64,000 nt of DNA, taken from the NCBI GenBank assembly GCA_963781585.1, contig CAWAGQ010000003.1:96001-160000 (forward strand). The letters are read 5' to 3'. The notes under the pieces are model-generated. The model ran no database searches. It was not told the origin of the DNA and saw nothing but the letters and a program-made list of their open reading frames with translations. This stretch comes from an uncultured Gemmatimonadaceae bacterium (GTDB lineage: Bacteria; Gemmatimonadota; Gemmatimonadetes; Gemmatimonadales; Gemmatimonadaceae). The translations under genes and the position numbers were made by a program. Positions 62,900 through 64,000 of the stretch are shown piece by piece. Each line of letters opens with the position of its first letter. Positions within the stretch are counted from its first letter, which is position 1.

Positions 62900-63099
62900 G
62901 CCAGCATTCGGACACTGACCAACGGCCACGGCCGCAGGGCAGACGCCACAGGCCAAGACGGTCAGCGCATTCCCGCGCTCATAGCTCACAGCGACGCAGC
63001 GGAGTTTGCGGCTGGAGTGGCGACGCGGTAGCGTGGTGCAGACTTCGGCGCCTCTGGGTCGGGCGCCGCGCCCTCTCACCATCAGCCACGCGCTTTCCA

Positions 63100-63891
63100 A
63101 TGGATCTGGGGCTTGCGAACAGGGTCGCTCTGGTCACCGGCGCATCGTCCGGCCTCGGCCTGGCCATCGCGCGCGAATTGAGCCAGGAGGGCGCATCGGT
63201 CGCGATCGTTGCCCGACGCGAGGACGTCCTTCGCCAGGCGGCGGGAGCGATTTCCGCTGCCACGAAGCGGCGTGTTCTGCCGATACCCGGTGACGTCTCG
63301 CGCGACGGCGAAGCGGCGCGGGTGGCGAACCTGGCCGCCGAGAATCTCGGCCCGGTGGACATTCTCGTCGCCAACGCCGGTGGGCCGCCCGCCACGATGT
63401 TCGATTCAACGACGGAGGAGCAGTACCTGGCGGCGATCCGCGTCAACCTCCTGGCCTCGGTGTGGCTGGCGCGGGCCTGCGTACCTTCCATGCGCGCGCG
63501 GAAATGGGGGCGCGTGATCTTCCTGTCGTCCTTCGTGGCGAAGATGCCTCTCGTCAACCTGATTCTTTCCAACACGGCACGCGCAGGGCTGCTGGGGTTT
63601 GCGAAGACGCTATCCAACGAGTGCGCCGCCGACAATGTGCTGGTCAACTCGGTACTGCCGGGGCACTTTGACACACCGCGCGCTCTGGAACTGGCGCGCA
63701 TGCGTGCCGAACGGGAGCACCTTTCGGTGGAAGAGCTCCTGAAGGGGCGGGTGGCGCACACGCCGATCCGCCGGGCTGGTGATCCGCGCGAGTTCGCGGC
63801 GGTCGTCGCGTTCCTGGCCAGCGAGCGCGCGAGCTACGTCACCGGGACGGCCATCCAGGTGGATGGAGGCCAGGTCCCCACGATCGTCTGA
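63100..63891 (+). CDS. SDR family oxidoreductase
   Basis: TGASSGLG, VDILVANAGGP, FLASERASYVTGTAIQVDGG. Confidence 0.93.
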   Translation: MDLGLANRVALVTGASSGLGLAIARELSQEGASVAIVARREDVLRQAAGAISAATKRRVLPIPGDVSRDGEAARVANLAAENLGPVDILVANAGGPPATMFDSTTEEQYLAAIRVNLLASVWLARACVPSMRARKWGRVIFLSSFVAKMPLVNLILSNTARAGLLGFAKTLSNECAADNVLVNSVLPGHFDTPRALELARMRAEREHLSVEELLKGRVAHTPIRRAGDPREFAAVVAFLASERASYVTGTAIQVDGGQVPTIV

Positions 63892-63928
63892 CCGAGATCC
63901 TGTCGTTCGCACCCTCCAATTCCCGATT

Positions 63929-64000
63929 ATGAGAGCGCTGGTGAAGGTTGCAGGGGGACACGGCTTTTGCCTGAAGGAGACACCCGAGCCGGAGATTCGC
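63929..64000 (+). CDS. tdh: Probable L-threonine 3-dehydrogenase or related zinc-binding dehydrogenase, N-terminus (truncated by the window end)
   Basis: MRALVKVAGGHGFCLKETPEPEIR resembles Tdh N-termini; only 24 codons visible. Confidence 0.5.
   Translation, partial: MRALVKVAGGHGFCLKETPEPEIR

Overview
High-GC bacterial chromosomal window. Gene content and protein styles suggest Gemmatimonadota (inference, not checked against databases). Most of it is core genes: pdhC-lpdA-lipB, a UvrD-like helicase, dnaE-accA-ricT-metG, a TPM/NTase/lemA operon, waaA, atpAGDC, a sigma-70 factor, six tRNAs, rho-ruvX-mltG-methyltransferase, mutM, a formate dehydrogenase alpha subunit, an SDR and the start of tdh. 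Accessory content includes a multi-repeat metzincin lipoprotein inside the PDH operon, a ~1,085-codon Ig-like surface lipoprotein gene with clustered apparent +1 indels, two tandem closely related SusC/RagA TonB-dependent transporters sharing one SusD, and a flagellar regulatory islet (flgM, sigma-54 activator, fliA, flgN) with readable sigma-28 and sigma-54 promoters. Most notable signals outside the ORF track: (1) a self-contained transcription unit with a perfect extended -10 promoter, ~215-nt structured leader, RBS, a 14-aa ORF MAAKKKKAAKKKKK, double stop and terminator; (2) a conserved promoter plus a positionally conserved 12-nt motif in the long leaders of both susC copies; (3) a family of heptamer tandem repeats between genes, one of which appears in-frame inside dnaE. 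No CRISPR array, integrase, transposase, reverse transcriptase or rRNA was seen.
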